From a virus (taxonomy: Duplodnaviria; Caudoviricetes), in the IMG/VR virus record IMGVR_UViG_3300031820_000009, positions 1-44,303 of that record: DNA of 44,303 nt; one strand, 5' to 3'. Position 1 is the stretch's first letter. Every line of letters begins with the position of its first letter. Positions 1-9,310 of the stretch are shown piece after piece. The notes below the pieces were generated by a model. The model was not told the origin of the DNA. It searched no databases and saw only the letters and a program-made list of their open reading frames with translations. Made by a program: the position numbers and the translations under genes.

Positions 1-200
1 GCTCCCTGCGTAGAGCCCGTCGGTCGGCATTCCAATCGCAACCTTGTTCGCGTTATCGTACGCCTCAACGACAACAAAGCTGGCTTTCAGCATCACGTGA
101 GGCTTATCGCCACGCTTCGCCTTCGGCTCGCAGCCGACCACCTTGAATCGATAATCCCCGATCGGGAGACGCTTGAATTCCCCACCTTCGTTCGGCGTGG
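1..200. repeat. Terminal overlap copy 1 (circular contig overlap with 44104-44303)
   Basis: 1-200 matches 44104-44303 except position 73 (a) vs 44176 (g); a minus-strand ORF reads through the junction. Confidence 0.97.
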
Positions 201-255
201 CCGTCGAAAGCCAATCCCCATCGATGCTAAACGCTGCCTGATTTTCTTCGCTCAT
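1..255 (-). CDS. 5' part of putative ssDNA-binding protein (DUF669-like), continues across the circular junction to 43438
   Basis: ATG at 255 with AGGAG SD; MSEENQAAFSIDGDWLSTATPNEGGEFKRLPIGDYRFKVVGCEPK joins the 43438..44244 ORF; F.rLP.G.Y...V motif; next to a Sak4-like ATPase. Confidence 0.65.
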   Translation of the reverse strand, partial: MSEENQAAFSIDGDWLSTATPNEGGEFKRLPIGDYRFKVVGCEPKAKRGDKPHVMLKASFVVVEAYDNANKVAIGMPTDGLYAGS

Positions 256-319
256 TTTCTGTTCTCCTAGTTCGTACTTCTCGTTTCGTCGCAACTCCCA
301 CCATCGGGAGCATTAACAC

Positions 320-1099
320 TCATTTCAGCGGCGCCAATGACGGCAGTGCCACAGTAATCGGTTCGCCTGCGACAATGTTGCCCTCTTCGTCGGCGCGCAT
401 CGCGCCTTTGTAGATCGCCTCCATCGCACGGAACGTCGGATTGCGCAGCCGCAGGGGGAACCGCTCGCCGTATCGATGCCCAGCCGGGAAGGCGCCGTAG
501 GGCTCAAAGTGCGCTACGAACCGTCGCCCCGATCCCTCTTCTAGCGACTCGCCGCGCATGTACGCCACCGAATCTATCAGACTAGGCAATTTACGAGGCA
601 CGGCGCGGCCGGCCATCAGAACTCCCGATGGCTTTTTTTTGTCGTCCTCCGTCGCAGCGAGTGCATTATAACAGACCCTAATCGGCCACCCCTTGAGAAG
701 CTCATCAACGAAGATGATATGCTTCTCCAGATCGGCGTACTTATCCCAAGTCTGCTCATTGGCGCGTGCGCGAATCGTCTCATCGGAGTAGATAGACAGC
801 TCCAACGCAATCGTCTTGATCGCGCCCTTGACAACGAGAGGTTCCACATCCCGCCGGAGATGCGCCATGAACTCGTCGGGGGTCTTGATTCCAAACAGCT
901 TAGGCGGTACGTTCGGCTCGTAGAAGTCCTGAGGGTTCATGTTCTGAATCGTCCTGTAGCCCCCCTCGCGAACGCTGCCGAACCAAGCGACTCGCGGGAA
1001 GGTCGCTGCGAGGCGCGTCTTCCCCGTGCGCAGTACGCCGTACCAAAACGAAGTCTTGAGAAAAATTTCATCCGCACCGTCGAACGGAATGACGCTCAT
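320..1099 (-). CDS. Sak4-like AAA ATPase / phage recombinase (AAA_24-type)
   Basis: Walker A YGVLRTGKT near the N-terminus; about 260 aa; between a nuclease and an SSB gene; start placed at ATG 1099 (ATGA overlap, GGAGG SD). Confidence 0.7.
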   Translation of the reverse strand: MSVIPFDGADEIFLKTSFWYGVLRTGKTRLAATFPRVAWFGSVREGGYRTIQNMNPQDFYEPNVPPKLFGIKTPDEFMAHLRRDVEPLVVKGAIKTIALELSIYSDETIRARANEQTWDKYADLEKHIIFVDELLKGWPIRVCYNALAATEDDKKKPSGVLMAGRAVPRKLPSLIDSVAYMRGESLEEGSGRRFVAHFEPYGAFPAGHRYGERFPLRLRNPTFRAMEAIYKGAMRADEEGNIVAGEPITVALPSLAPLK

Positions 1100-1245
1100 G
1101 ATGCACGCCTCCAGCAATGACAACGTTCGCAAGCAACCGCCTGATACGGTCCAAGAAACCGCCGACCGACATCGTAGACCCGGTTCAACGGCACCCAACG
1201 ATGGCCGAAGAAGTAGCAAACGACAGGCGCCAACCACGCGATCAT
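1096..1245 (-). CDS. Small Cys/His zinc-ribbon protein (C..FGH.W...C.RC type)
   Basis: MIAWLAPVVCYFFGHRW...CERCHC; fills the gap between flanking genes and abuts or overlaps both. Confidence 0.6.
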   Translation of the reverse strand: MIAWLAPVVCYFFGHRWVPLNRVYDVGRRFLGPYQAVACERCHCWRRAS

Positions 1246-1246
1246 T

Positions 1247-2323
1247 TTATTTATCTCCCGATCGGCAAAGATCCCAATTGCCGCACTTCCCCCAACGATC
1301 AAAGCACTGCGTCAGTCGCTTTGGGTATGCGCCGGTGGCGTGCCATTGCGCGATTTCTCCCTGCGTGTAGCGCAGCCAACGCGCGTGCTCCTCGACGGTC
1401 GGCAGGTCTGCCGGGATCACGATCTGCTCGACCTTTTGATCTTTGCTCTTCGTCACGATGTCAACCACTACGGCTACGAGCGGTCCGAACAACGATTCGC
1501 AACCACCTGGCCGCCAGTTGAGAATCTCTCCAAGGATCTCGCCGTCGAGCCACCAACCTTCGCGAGTCATCTCTGATAGCCACGAGGCAGTCTTCCGCTC
1601 ATATACGACTACCGAGCCAGCTGGTAACGGCAAGGAGTGATTTTTTCCGAGTCTGAAAATCGCGTCGTACCGACACGAGTAGTTAAGCTCCTCGTTGAAC
1701 GCGAGCCATTCGATCGCGAGGGGCTCCAGATCCTCACGCGACCCGTAATACTCGGTATGCTTGTCGAAGCAGCGCTCTGCCTCGTGAATCAGCACTGCAC
1801 TGGGACGTTTTCGCAACTTCGACGCATCACCCTCCACGGCCGCTGTGAGATCCTCTGCGACGGGCTCCGCCATCACGTACAGCTCGGCGAGGAGCTTGTC
1901 GGCAGCGTCCGCAGGGATTGGTTCCCATTGATGGCGACGATCCCAAATGTTACAATCCGCCAAATCTCTACGAATAATTCCGCGATTCTCGCATATGTAA
2001 GCTCCGAGTCCGTGCGCGTAGTAAAGTGCCTGCAACGTATGATACAGCGCTCCGACTTGGAGCGGCGCAGCCGGAGCGCGCAACTCTCCGTCGAGGAGCG
2101 CTCGGCCGATCTGGAGAAGATCCCCCAAGGGGCGCTCTACGTAAGTCCGCTTGTACAAGTGCGGACACCGTTGCGCCGTGCTGTACATGCTCCAACCCTT
2201 ACCGGACGGACCGCCGAGGAGCGGCAAGCCGAGCTTCTGGCAAACAATATCGATCGCCTCGTCGAGCGGCATCGCGAGTGGCGCCTCGATCGATGTCGGA
2301 AGCGGAATCAAAAACTCGCTCAT
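1247..2323 (-). CDS. Cas4/AddB-like PD-(D/E)XK exonuclease with a probable Fe-S cluster
   Basis: N-terminal CP (QRCPHLY), LAIE, CRYDAI, VVYERKT and C-terminal C-x6-C-x5-C; GAGGAG SD before ATG 2323. Confidence 0.8.
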   Translation of the reverse strand: MSEFLIPLPTSIEAPLAMPLDEAIDIVCQKLGLPLLGGPSGKGWSMYSTAQRCPHLYKRTYVERPLGDLLQIGRALLDGELRAPAAPLQVGALYHTLQALYYAHGLGAYICENRGIIRRDLADCNIWDRRHQWEPIPADAADKLLAELYVMAEPVAEDLTAAVEGDASKLRKRPSAVLIHEAERCFDKHTEYYGSREDLEPLAIEWLAFNEELNYSCRYDAIFRLGKNHSLPLPAGSVVVYERKTASWLSEMTREGWWLDGEILGEILNWRPGGCESLFGPLVAVVVDIVTKSKDQKVEQIVIPADLPTVEEHARWLRYTQGEIAQWHATGAYPKRLTQCFDRWGKCGNWDLCRSGDK

Positions 2324-2403
2324 GGACTCTCCTCGTCGTTCGCGGCCAAGATTTCCACGCGCCCCGATGTGCGACCGCGATCGGGCCCCCAAACAAACCA
2401 AGC

Positions 2404-2724
2404 TTATTCTATCTCCAACAACTGAAAGCGCGTCCGCGCGCTGTTATACATCGCGAAGTCTCGGAGGAACCTGATCGTCTCAACGCCAACATAGGCCCAT
2501 CGATAGTGCTCCTCAGCGATGGCGAGAATACTGTTCTCCATACCATCGCATATGCACTCCGTATGAAAAACCATACGATCTTCGCTGGCCCAAGCACACA
2601 TAAACATTCGCATATGCGCATCATCCACGGAGCCTTCGAGGATCACACGCGCTCGCTTTGGATCTCGCTCGCCATCGACGCAACCCCAGGACGACGCCAC
2701 AGCAAACCCGATAACGCGCAACAT
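2404..2724 (-). CDS. Hypothetical protein
   Basis: 106-aa ORF whose ATG directly follows the helicase TAG. Confidence 0.5.
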   Translation of the reverse strand: MLRVIGFAVASSWGCVDGERDPKRARVILEGSVDDAHMRMFMCAWASEDRMVFHTECICDGMENSILAIAEEHYRWAYVGVETIRFLRDFAMYNSARTRFQLLEIE

Positions 2725-4425
2725 CTACTCTGCCTCCGCAATGACGGCGTCGGCGAGCGCCGACAAGGTTTGAGTGTCCTCGACACCGAGAGACTCCCGC
2801 AGCACGCTCGATACGTCGCCTACGCCAGCCTGCAACCCAAGCTGCGTATTCAACTCCAACTTGCTCACGATTGCGTCCGCCAGACGCTGCTCTACATCGC
2901 AATCAGCTACAAGGATGGTGTTGGTCACGCGATTCGACCCGTCGAAGAGCCGCATCTCCGCCTGCGCGATTACGTGCGGGCTCCAATCCATCTCGACCAT
3001 GAGTTGGTCGGTCGCGAAAGAGAGATTCACGGCGGTCCCGAGCGCCGCCATCGTTGCTATGAGTACAACTGGCACGTTCTTCGCCACGGCGCGCGCCTCT
3101 TCGATCACTGCCTCGCGCTCGTCGGACGACATCTCTCCGTGGATCGGACCGAACGTAGCATATTGCGTCCGAAAGCCACAGCCAACACGCTCCGCTAGAT
3201 CACGATGCCACGTCCATACGACGCAGCTCTTGCCTTCAGCTCCAACACGAGCTTTGACCCATTCTACGGCCGCAATTTCCTTCTCCGCACCGACGATGCG
3301 ACGGAGCCGAGCCAGATCTCCGATCACACTCTTGGGTCCACCCTGAGCGACGCAAATCTTTGCAACGGACTCTGCGATCTCATCACGTTTGGACGCGTCG
3401 ATGCGAACCACCTCCAACGTGCGCGTGATGGCGGGCAGGCTCGGAGAAATCTCGCGCCACGTCCGCCGAATCATGACCTCCTCTAAGCGCCGTCGCAGCT
3501 CAGGTTGATTCGTAGCGCCGTGCGCCGTCCAACCATAAGCCCCCGGCTTCGCGTCGCAGTATCGACGCGCGAAGGACCAAAAATCTCCGAACGCACCGGG
3601 CGCCAACACATCGAGCATCGGCCAGAGCCCGGACGGTTTGTTCAGCAGAGGGGTTCCAGAGGCGAAAATCGTTCGATGCGCGACAGTGTTCAAGAATCGA
3701 ATTGATTCGAAAAACACACCCTTACGATTTTGGATCCCTGAAAGGTGTGCCTCATCGACCGCGAGCGTCCCCACATGCGGGAGTAGCGAGAATAGTTCGC
3801 GCCATGCGGGGGCGATTGCGAAGTGCAAGAAAATCACGCGCGCGCGGCGCGTCCATTTGATCTGCCCCTCATCGAGCTTCCGCCCCGACAGCGCGACGAA
3901 GGACGGGGAATCGCCGCAAACCGGAGCGTCGACCCGTAGGCATACCGAACAGCGCTGCATCGGCCCGTGCGCGGTCCACTCCTGAGCGCATGCACCGAAT
4001 CGTCGTGCTGCCCACTCGTGCCACACAGCGCGTGCGGCGAGTGGCCCAACGATCACGAGCGGGCCCGCATCTGGCTCGTGCGCGTACATGATCTGAGCAC
4101 TCTTGCCCACGCGCTGCTCGTCCGCGAGCAGCGTCCCACGCCGCGAGCGGATGTATTGGATCCCCTCTATCTGATGTGGGCGTAGCGTGACATTTCCAGC
4201 GGTCGCTGGCGGTTGTGTGTCAAAACGCGAAGCGCCCCCCGGTACGAAACCAAGATGCGCAAGATGCGTGAGATGCACTCGGTAGTGATAAGAGCCGGCT
4301 CCTTGCGCGGCGACCGGAACCACTCCCGGGACGTCCGCCGGAGCAAGTCCTAATCTCCGCCATACGTCGAGCCAATCGACGACAAACCAATCACGCCCAG
4401 CAGGCGTTGCGATCGAGTTCCCCAC
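2725..4425 (-). CDS. SNF2-family (SF2) helicase/translocase
   Basis: LRPHQ Q-motif, LLADEQRVGKS, DEAH, SGTPLLN, MIRRT, AVNL and QAEMR motifs in SNF2 order. Confidence 0.85.
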   Translation of the reverse strand: MGNSIATPAGRDWFVVDWLDVWRRLGLAPADVPGVVPVAAQGAGSYHYRVHLTHLAHLGFVPGGASRFDTQPPATAGNVTLRPHQIEGIQYIRSRRGTLLADEQRVGKSAQIMYAHEPDAGPLVIVGPLAARAVWHEWAARRFGACAQEWTAHGPMQRCSVCLRVDAPVCGDSPSFVALSGRKLDEGQIKWTRRARVIFLHFAIAPAWRELFSLLPHVGTLAVDEAHLSGIQNRKGVFFESIRFLNTVAHRTIFASGTPLLNKPSGLWPMLDVLAPGAFGDFWSFARRYCDAKPGAYGWTAHGATNQPELRRRLEEVMIRRTWREISPSLPAITRTLEVVRIDASKRDEIAESVAKICVAQGGPKSVIGDLARLRRIVGAEKEIAAVEWVKARVGAEGKSCVVWTWHRDLAERVGCGFRTQYATFGPIHGEMSSDEREAVIEEARAVAKNVPVVLIATMAALGTAVNLSFATDQLMVEMDWSPHVIAQAEMRLFDGSNRVTNTILVADCDVEQRLADAIVSKLELNTQLGLQAGVGDVSSVLRESLGVEDTQTLSALADAVIAEAE

Positions 4426-4432
4426 GACCCCG

Positions 4433-4461
4433 GTTATCGCCTAGGTGGGGGTCGCCGTCAA
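4433..4461 (-). promoter_or_regulatory. Putative promoter TTGACG-N17-GATAAC, 7 nt upstream of the helicase GTG (leaderless geometry)
   Basis: Hexamers and 17-bp spacer read from the sequence; lies in a divergent AT-richer intergenic region. Confidence 0.4.
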
Positions 4462-4592
4462 CTACTTTCTCACGTTGATTACTCGGCGCATACGTAAGTC
4501 ACCTTAATCACTCAAATAAAAAGTGCCGCATTGTAAGCGTATTGCGCACGCCGCGAAAATCCTGTACGACTGGATGTCACCATCGGGGGCCT

Positions 4593-6824
4593 ATGGACAC
4601 AGCAATAGATCTCGTGCAGGCCGAAGCGTTCATCGCCGCGCTCACAGGTGATCCGAGTACATCCGTACTCTTTCAGCTCGCCGACGACACGGAGCCTGGC
4701 GAAACTCGTCGCGACAATCTGACGCGCGTTCTTGTCGGCAACGTCCGTCAACACGCCAACATTCTCGGGCGTCTCAACGCAATGGGCGCGGCAATCTGGA
4801 TGCAGATCAATACCGGTCGGCGCGGAGCCGCCAACGTCATTGCGCTGCGTGCGCTCTTTGTCGACGACGATGGGACAAGCGAGAAGGCGCCGGAGATCAA
4901 CCTTCCACCGTCGATCGTCGTCGCAAGCTCGAACGGAGAGCGGAACCGTCACTATTACTGGCGGCTGCGCTCCGAGGAGGCCGTCGAGCGATTCACTCCC
5001 GCTCAGAAGCACTTGATCTCGGCACTAGATACCGACAAGTCGATCAGCAATCTCGATCGCTGCATGCGCCTTCCGGGTTCGCACAATATGAAACGCGCAA
5101 ATCGCAAAGCGGGTCCGCCTGAACCTGTACGCCTGCTATTTGCAGACAGAGGGCGACAATATTCCATCGACGAGGTACTACGCGCGCATCCAGTTCCTGA
5201 AGCGACTCGGGCGCAGATTGCCCAAGAAAAGCAGCCAGACTTGTTCACGCCGGAAGCGCTTGCTATGGCGCGCCGGATTGCGTTGTGGCTGGCCGACGCG
5301 GGCATCACGTTTACACAACAGAGCCCCGTGAGTTTCCGCTTGAAGCACTGTGTTTTCAATCCACAGCACATCGAGAAGATGGCAATAAAGATACAAGGGC
5401 GCGGTGGTGTGTGGTCTACCTGCTTTCACGACTCCTGCGGCGGCATCATCAACAATCGCTGGGCGCAAGTCAAAGACCGCGTCGGCGGTTGGGCGATAGA
5501 GGGCGGATTCTCACGAGGCGACGACGTAGAGATCGCTGGCCGGCTCCTCCGAGATCTCGGAGCAGATAGCGAGGAGCCGCTTGTATTCGAGGAAGGGCAA
5601 CTGTGGCGCTATGAGACGCCCACCGGACTTTGGCGCCACGTCGACGAGTCGGGTGTAGAGCGTCACATCACTACCTACGCAGGGCAGTCGGTCGGTAAAC
5701 GCACGTTGACAATCTCGGGAGGTACGCTCAAGGGAGTGCTCGCGTGCTTACGCGCACTCGCAGGGCATCGCGGCTTCTTCGACAGCGCTCCGCCAGGGAT
5801 TGCGTTCGCGAACGGATTCCTGGGCATCACGCCAGCAGGAGCTGCGTTCATGCCGCATTCACCCGATCATCGACAGCGCGTCGGCCTGCCGTTCCCCTAC
5901 GAGCAAACCCTCGCGCCACGCTGGCTGCGTTACCTGCATGAGTGCTTCGTCGACGACCCGGACGCCGCGGCAAAGATCGCACTGCTCCAGGAATTCGTCG
6001 GCGCTTGCCTCGTCGGCTGCGCGACGAAATTGCAAAAGGCGTTGCTCCTCGTCGGAGACGGCGCCAACGGCAAGAGCGTATTCACGTCGACGATCTGCGC
6101 GCTGTTCCCCTCAGACACGCGCGCATGCGTCAAGCCCCAAGATTGGGGCAAGGAGTACTATCGCGCCGCGCTGGCAGGGAAGCGTGTCAACATCGTCGCT
6201 GAGATCCCAGACCACGATATTCTTAGCGGCGACGCGTTTAAGGAGATCGTCGCTGGCGACGAGACGGATGGGCGCCAACCGGCGGGTCGCGTGTTCCGCT
6301 GGACTCCGATCGCAGGGCACATCTTCTCGGCGAATCGTCTCCCAGGCACAGGCGATCAATCACACGGATTCTGGCGACGGCAAATCGTGATCATGTTCAA
6401 TCGAATCTTCAAGCCCGAGGAGCAAGATCCTCAGCTCGCAAGCTATCTCGCCGCGAATGAGATGCCCGGCATCGCGGCGTGGGCCGCGATGGGCGCCGAG
6501 AGGATCCTCGCTCAGAACGCGTACACGCTACCTCCCTCGGACGCGGAGGCGCGCGCGCAGTGGCGGCAAGAAGCCGATCCGGTGGCCGCGTTCCTCGCCG
6601 ACTGCACGGAGCCTGCGGTGCGCGAGAGCGATTGGACGCCGGCGGGCGCGCTCTACGCCACCTTCCAGGGCTGGCTCAAGGATAACGGCCATCGAATCAT
6701 GAGCAGCACCGCGTTCGGGCGTCGCCTGCGAGGCGCCCGCGTACAGAAGGACACGCGGCGCGAAGGCAACTACTATGGAGTTCGCCTTACAATTCCCCTG
6801 CCCGTGTCGTTCTTCTTACAATAA
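4593..6824 (+). CDS. Primase-helicase: RepB'-type AEP primase, Zn-binding domain and D5/P4-like SF3 helicase
   Basis: ALFVDDD, NRHYYWRL and MRLPGSHN primase motifs; C..H/CFHDSC; Walker A GDGANGKS; FSAN; GFWRR; C-terminal winged-helix-like region. Confidence 0.9.
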   Translation: MDTAIDLVQAEAFIAALTGDPSTSVLFQLADDTEPGETRRDNLTRVLVGNVRQHANILGRLNAMGAAIWMQINTGRRGAANVIALRALFVDDDGTSEKAPEINLPPSIVVASSNGERNRHYYWRLRSEEAVERFTPAQKHLISALDTDKSISNLDRCMRLPGSHNMKRANRKAGPPEPVRLLFADRGRQYSIDEVLRAHPVPEATRAQIAQEKQPDLFTPEALAMARRIALWLADAGITFTQQSPVSFRLKHCVFNPQHIEKMAIKIQGRGGVWSTCFHDSCGGIINNRWAQVKDRVGGWAIEGGFSRGDDVEIAGRLLRDLGADSEEPLVFEEGQLWRYETPTGLWRHVDESGVERHITTYAGQSVGKRTLTISGGTLKGVLACLRALAGHRGFFDSAPPGIAFANGFLGITPAGAAFMPHSPDHRQRVGLPFPYEQTLAPRWLRYLHECFVDDPDAAAKIALLQEFVGACLVGCATKLQKALLLVGDGANGKSVFTSTICALFPSDTRACVKPQDWGKEYYRAALAGKRVNIVAEIPDHDILSGDAFKEIVAGDETDGRQPAGRVFRWTPIAGHIFSANRLPGTGDQSHGFWRRQIVIMFNRIFKPEEQDPQLASYLAANEMPGIAAWAAMGAERILAQNAYTLPPSDAEARAQWRQEADPVAAFLADCTEPAVRESDWTPAGALYATFQGWLKDNGHRIMSSTAFGRRLRGARVQKDTRREGNYYGVRLTIPLPVSFFLQ

Positions 6825-6854
6825 CTCGCTGTTGGTAGTTTTCGCTACTCACGT

Positions 6855-7188
6855 GGAGGGTTTGCGGAGGGTTTGCCCCCCAACCCTCCACACGAATTCT
6901 GGTTCGACTTCATATAGATACAAACCGTACTTCGCATTCAGTGGAGGGTGTGGAGGGTTTTTGGGGGGCAGGCTCGTGGTAGAGAGAGGTGAAGTGCTGC
7001 TGGCATTACAAATTGCACGACTTTGGTAAGGAAACTAGAATTAGACCAGCCTTGGGAAAGCCGGCAGAGTAAAAACCCTCCAAACCCTCCGAACCTTCCG
7101 AAATATAGTATTGATGTATACAACTACTATCTATAACCTACTGTAATCCTATCGGATAGTTTTGTCGGAGGGTCTTCAAAAACCCTCC
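6855..7188. repeat. Iteron-like GGAGGGT/ACCCTCC repeat cluster, putative replication origin
   Basis: GGAGGGT at 6855, 6866, 6943, 6952, 7167; ACCCTCC at 6883, 7075, 7084, 7182 (variant ACCTTCC at 7093); AT-rich tract about 7101-7160; directly after the primase-helicase. Confidence 0.75.
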
Positions 7189-7304
7189 ACAACCGCACCC
7201 ATAGTAAGAACACGTGCGCGCGTTGGAGGATGTAAGTGTGTATCGGTGCATATCGGCGCGGCGCGCCCGCTAAAGGTTCAGCGCACGGCGCCGATACAGG
7301 AGAC

Positions 7305-7520
7305 ATGATGTGCACACAACAGAGTCACGACGCCATCCGCGCCTCAGAGTCCTTGTGGGCGCGCGAAGCGACGTACATAGGGCAGATGGGCGACGAGATC
7401 GAAACGCTCGACCTGGCCAATTGCAAGCACTGTGGGAGCACTCTGGCGCGGTCGCGGTCCATGACCGCTTCGCGGGCAGCACAACAACCGCCGACGAAAA
7501 CCGGAGCGAACCATGAATAG
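7305..7520 (+). CDS. Small CxxC protein
   Basis: AGGAG SD then ATGATG; NCKHCGSTLAR motif. Confidence 0.55.
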   Translation: MMCTQQSHDAIRASESLWAREATYIGQMGDEIETLDLANCKHCGSTLARSRSMTASRAAQQPPTKTGANHE

Positions 7521-7625
7521 GCGAAAGGCCAGGAGCTGCGCGTGCCTCCCGGCCTCTCTAACCTACGCATCGTCTGGGGGGAACTCTGCGTGACCGCAGT
7601 TCAGAATGCGTGTATGACGTGTATT

Positions 7626-7655
7626 TTGTCAAGCAATTACCGTCAGTGGTAGACT
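7626..7655 (+). promoter_or_regulatory. Putative promoter TTGTCA-N18-TAGACT with TG extension, 7 nt upstream of ATG 7663 (leaderless geometry)
   Basis: Hexamers read from the sequence; no SD before 7663. Confidence 0.45.
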
Positions 7656-7662
7656 TGCGTGC

Positions 7663-8010
7663 ATGACGTTACAGCCACTCGAATCGTTTACGGCCGTCGA
7701 ATTGGATCGCGCCCGACCTGTCGCGGAGCAGATCGCGGAATTTGGCCGACAGCAGATCGCGGATATACTCCGATCGCTGCTAAATCTAAGCAAATTCGCC
7801 AATTCGGAGGCGATCCGATTGGACGCGCTTAAGACGCTGCTCGCGCATTGTGCCCCCCCGCCTGCGAGGGGCGCAGCGCCCGCGATCGGCCTCGGCGAGG
7901 TGCCCCGTGACAGTGGTCCGATCCCGCTAGGTCAGATGACTCCTGAGGAGCTTGATGCTGTGCGCGTGCTCCAGCTCGGTTTACAACGGCGCCGCGGGGA
8001 CGAGGAGTAG
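7663..8010 (+). CDS. Putative terminase small subunit
   Basis: Helical SEAIRLDALKTLL segment and C-terminal 'MTPEELD' helix resemble TerS-type proteins; first gene of the rightward block ahead of TerL. Confidence 0.45.
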   Translation: MTLQPLESFTAVELDRARPVAEQIAEFGRQQIADILRSLLNLSKFANSEAIRLDALKTLLAHCAPPPARGAAPAIGLGEVPRDSGPIPLGQMTPEELDAVRVLQLGLQRRRGDEE

Positions 8011-8051
8011 GGTGCGTTAGGATCGGCGTCGAGGATCGTACTTTTTCGCCG

Positions 8052-8081
8052 TTGACAAAATCTCCCCATCGGGTGCATATT
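8052..8081 (+). promoter_or_regulatory. Sigma70-like promoter TTGACA-N18-CATATT
   Basis: Perfect -35; followed by a GGAGGG SD and ATG 8103. Confidence 0.55.
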
Positions 8082-8102
8082 GGATTGCGGGAGGGAACTA
8101 GA

Positions 8103-8324
8103 ATGCGTGTGAGTGATATAGCCGACGCAAGTATCGGTTGGGCGCAATGGTGTGAAGAGCGCCAGCGACGGTGGGACGAGGAGCAGAATCCGTATATCGC
8201 GTGTCCGGTACACGCGGCTGAGGAGTGGGTGCGCGTACTCCGCGATCTCGGGCGCGACCCACGCGCAGCACAACCGCGGCATATCTGGACACTTGCTGAG
8301 CAGATGTTGCGAGCGGGACAATGA
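8103..8324 (+). CDS. Hypothetical protein
   Basis: GGAGGG SD; ATGA overlap with the next gene. Confidence 0.6.
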   Translation: MRVSDIADASIGWAQWCEERQRRWDEEQNPYIACPVHAAEEWVRVLRDLGRDPRAAQPRHIWTLAEQMLRAGQ

Positions 8325-8566
8325 GGGCGAATCAGCTAGCTGGGCAGGTGACCGATCTGCGGGAGCGCCTCCGCATCGCGGAGGAGCGCGCCCGCGAAGC
8401 GTTTGCGGAGCTGACGTGTTTGCGCGCGGTCGTCCATAGGATCGCTGATTGGGTTTGCACGACGGAGTCGGATACTGCCTCCGGCTATCGAGTAGGATGG
8501 CCGCACGAAGAGGGAATGCGTGCCGCGAAAGAGCAAGTGGGCAAATTGCTTAAGAGGGCGCGATGA
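8321..8566 (+). CDS. Hypothetical coiled-coil protein
   Basis: ATGA overlaps at both ends. Confidence 0.6.
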   Translation: MRANQLAGQVTDLRERLRIAEERAREAFAELTCLRAVVHRIADWVCTTESDTASGYRVGWPHEEGMRAAKEQVGKLLKRAR

Positions 8567-8814
8567 GAACGTACCTAAAGGCGAAAATTCTAGACGGCAT
8601 GTTCTCCGATGAGCGTGTGGTAGAGTTTCTTACCTTCGACGGGTCGCTCCACCAGTGCTTCGCTTTCCTCAGTCGCATTCGCAACGTCTTCGGCGCCCAT
8701 GGCGTTCAAGTCGAGGTTCTGGATCAAGACGATCAGTTCGCGTTGGTTCGACTGGCGAACGAGGTAGGTACGACTGTAAAGGTTTCGAAAACTTTACTGA
8801 TGAGCGCGCGATGA
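8563..8814 (+). CDS. Hypothetical protein
   Basis: ATGA overlaps at both ends. Confidence 0.6.
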   Translation: MRTYLKAKILDGMFSDERVVEFLTFDGSLHQCFAFLSRIRNVFGAHGVQVEVLDQDDQFALVRLANEVGTTVKVSKTLLMSAR

Positions 8815-9236
8815 AACTCAATAAAAATGATTACGTTCTCAAGCACGCCACGTACCTCATGTGGCTACGCGAGCTGAACGCTACCGTCGAGGGGACGCAC
8901 AAGCCTGACTGGCGCAAGCGCCGCATCGCAGCCGAGCAGATCTGCGAGATGACAGGCATCAAGGACGTGATCCGTGCCGTCGCACGCGATGGGGCATTGC
9001 GACCGCCGCCGCAATGGCCGCAGGTGGATTGCGTCCCGGTCGGAGGTGGACCGGGGATGATTACGTGTGAGGTGCGCACGTGGGTGCCGACGTTGGGTAA
9101 GCTAGCCGTCAAGATTGCATTGACACGAGACGCGCGGCGTCCCGGAAAGGCCAGCAACTTCGATGCTGGGCAAATTCGTGAAGCGGTCGAGCGCGGCACG
9201 TTCGAGCTTCGCAAACGTATCCTCGCCAGGGATTGA
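8811..9236 (+). CDS. Hypothetical protein
   Basis: ATG 8811 overlaps the upstream stop (ATGA). Confidence 0.6.
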   Translation: MKLNKNDYVLKHATYLMWLRELNATVEGTHKPDWRKRRIAAEQICEMTGIKDVIRAVARDGALRPPPQWPQVDCVPVGGGPGMITCEVRTWVPTLGKLAVKIALTRDARRPGKASNFDAGQIREAVERGTFELRKRILARD

Positions 9237-9310
9237 TCAGTCCGCACCTGAGTGAACCTTGTCAGAATGCTCCCGTTTGGGTACGATTCCATTTTGTGGA
9301 GGAAACACAC

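Noticed and set aside
1-200. Biological direct terminal repeat
   Set aside because: It is exactly 200 bp and falls mid-gene, which fits an assembly overlap of a circularly permuted genome better
295-310. CTCCC...GGGAG hairpin as a terminator
   Set aside because: Short stem and no U-tract on the coding (minus) strand
1247-2323. Cas4 as a sign of a CRISPR-Cas system
   Set aside because: No repeat-spacer array or other cas genes seen; context is a phage recombination module
6855-7188. Mini CRISPR array
   Set aside because: Repeats are 7-11 bp, in both orientations and irregularly spaced
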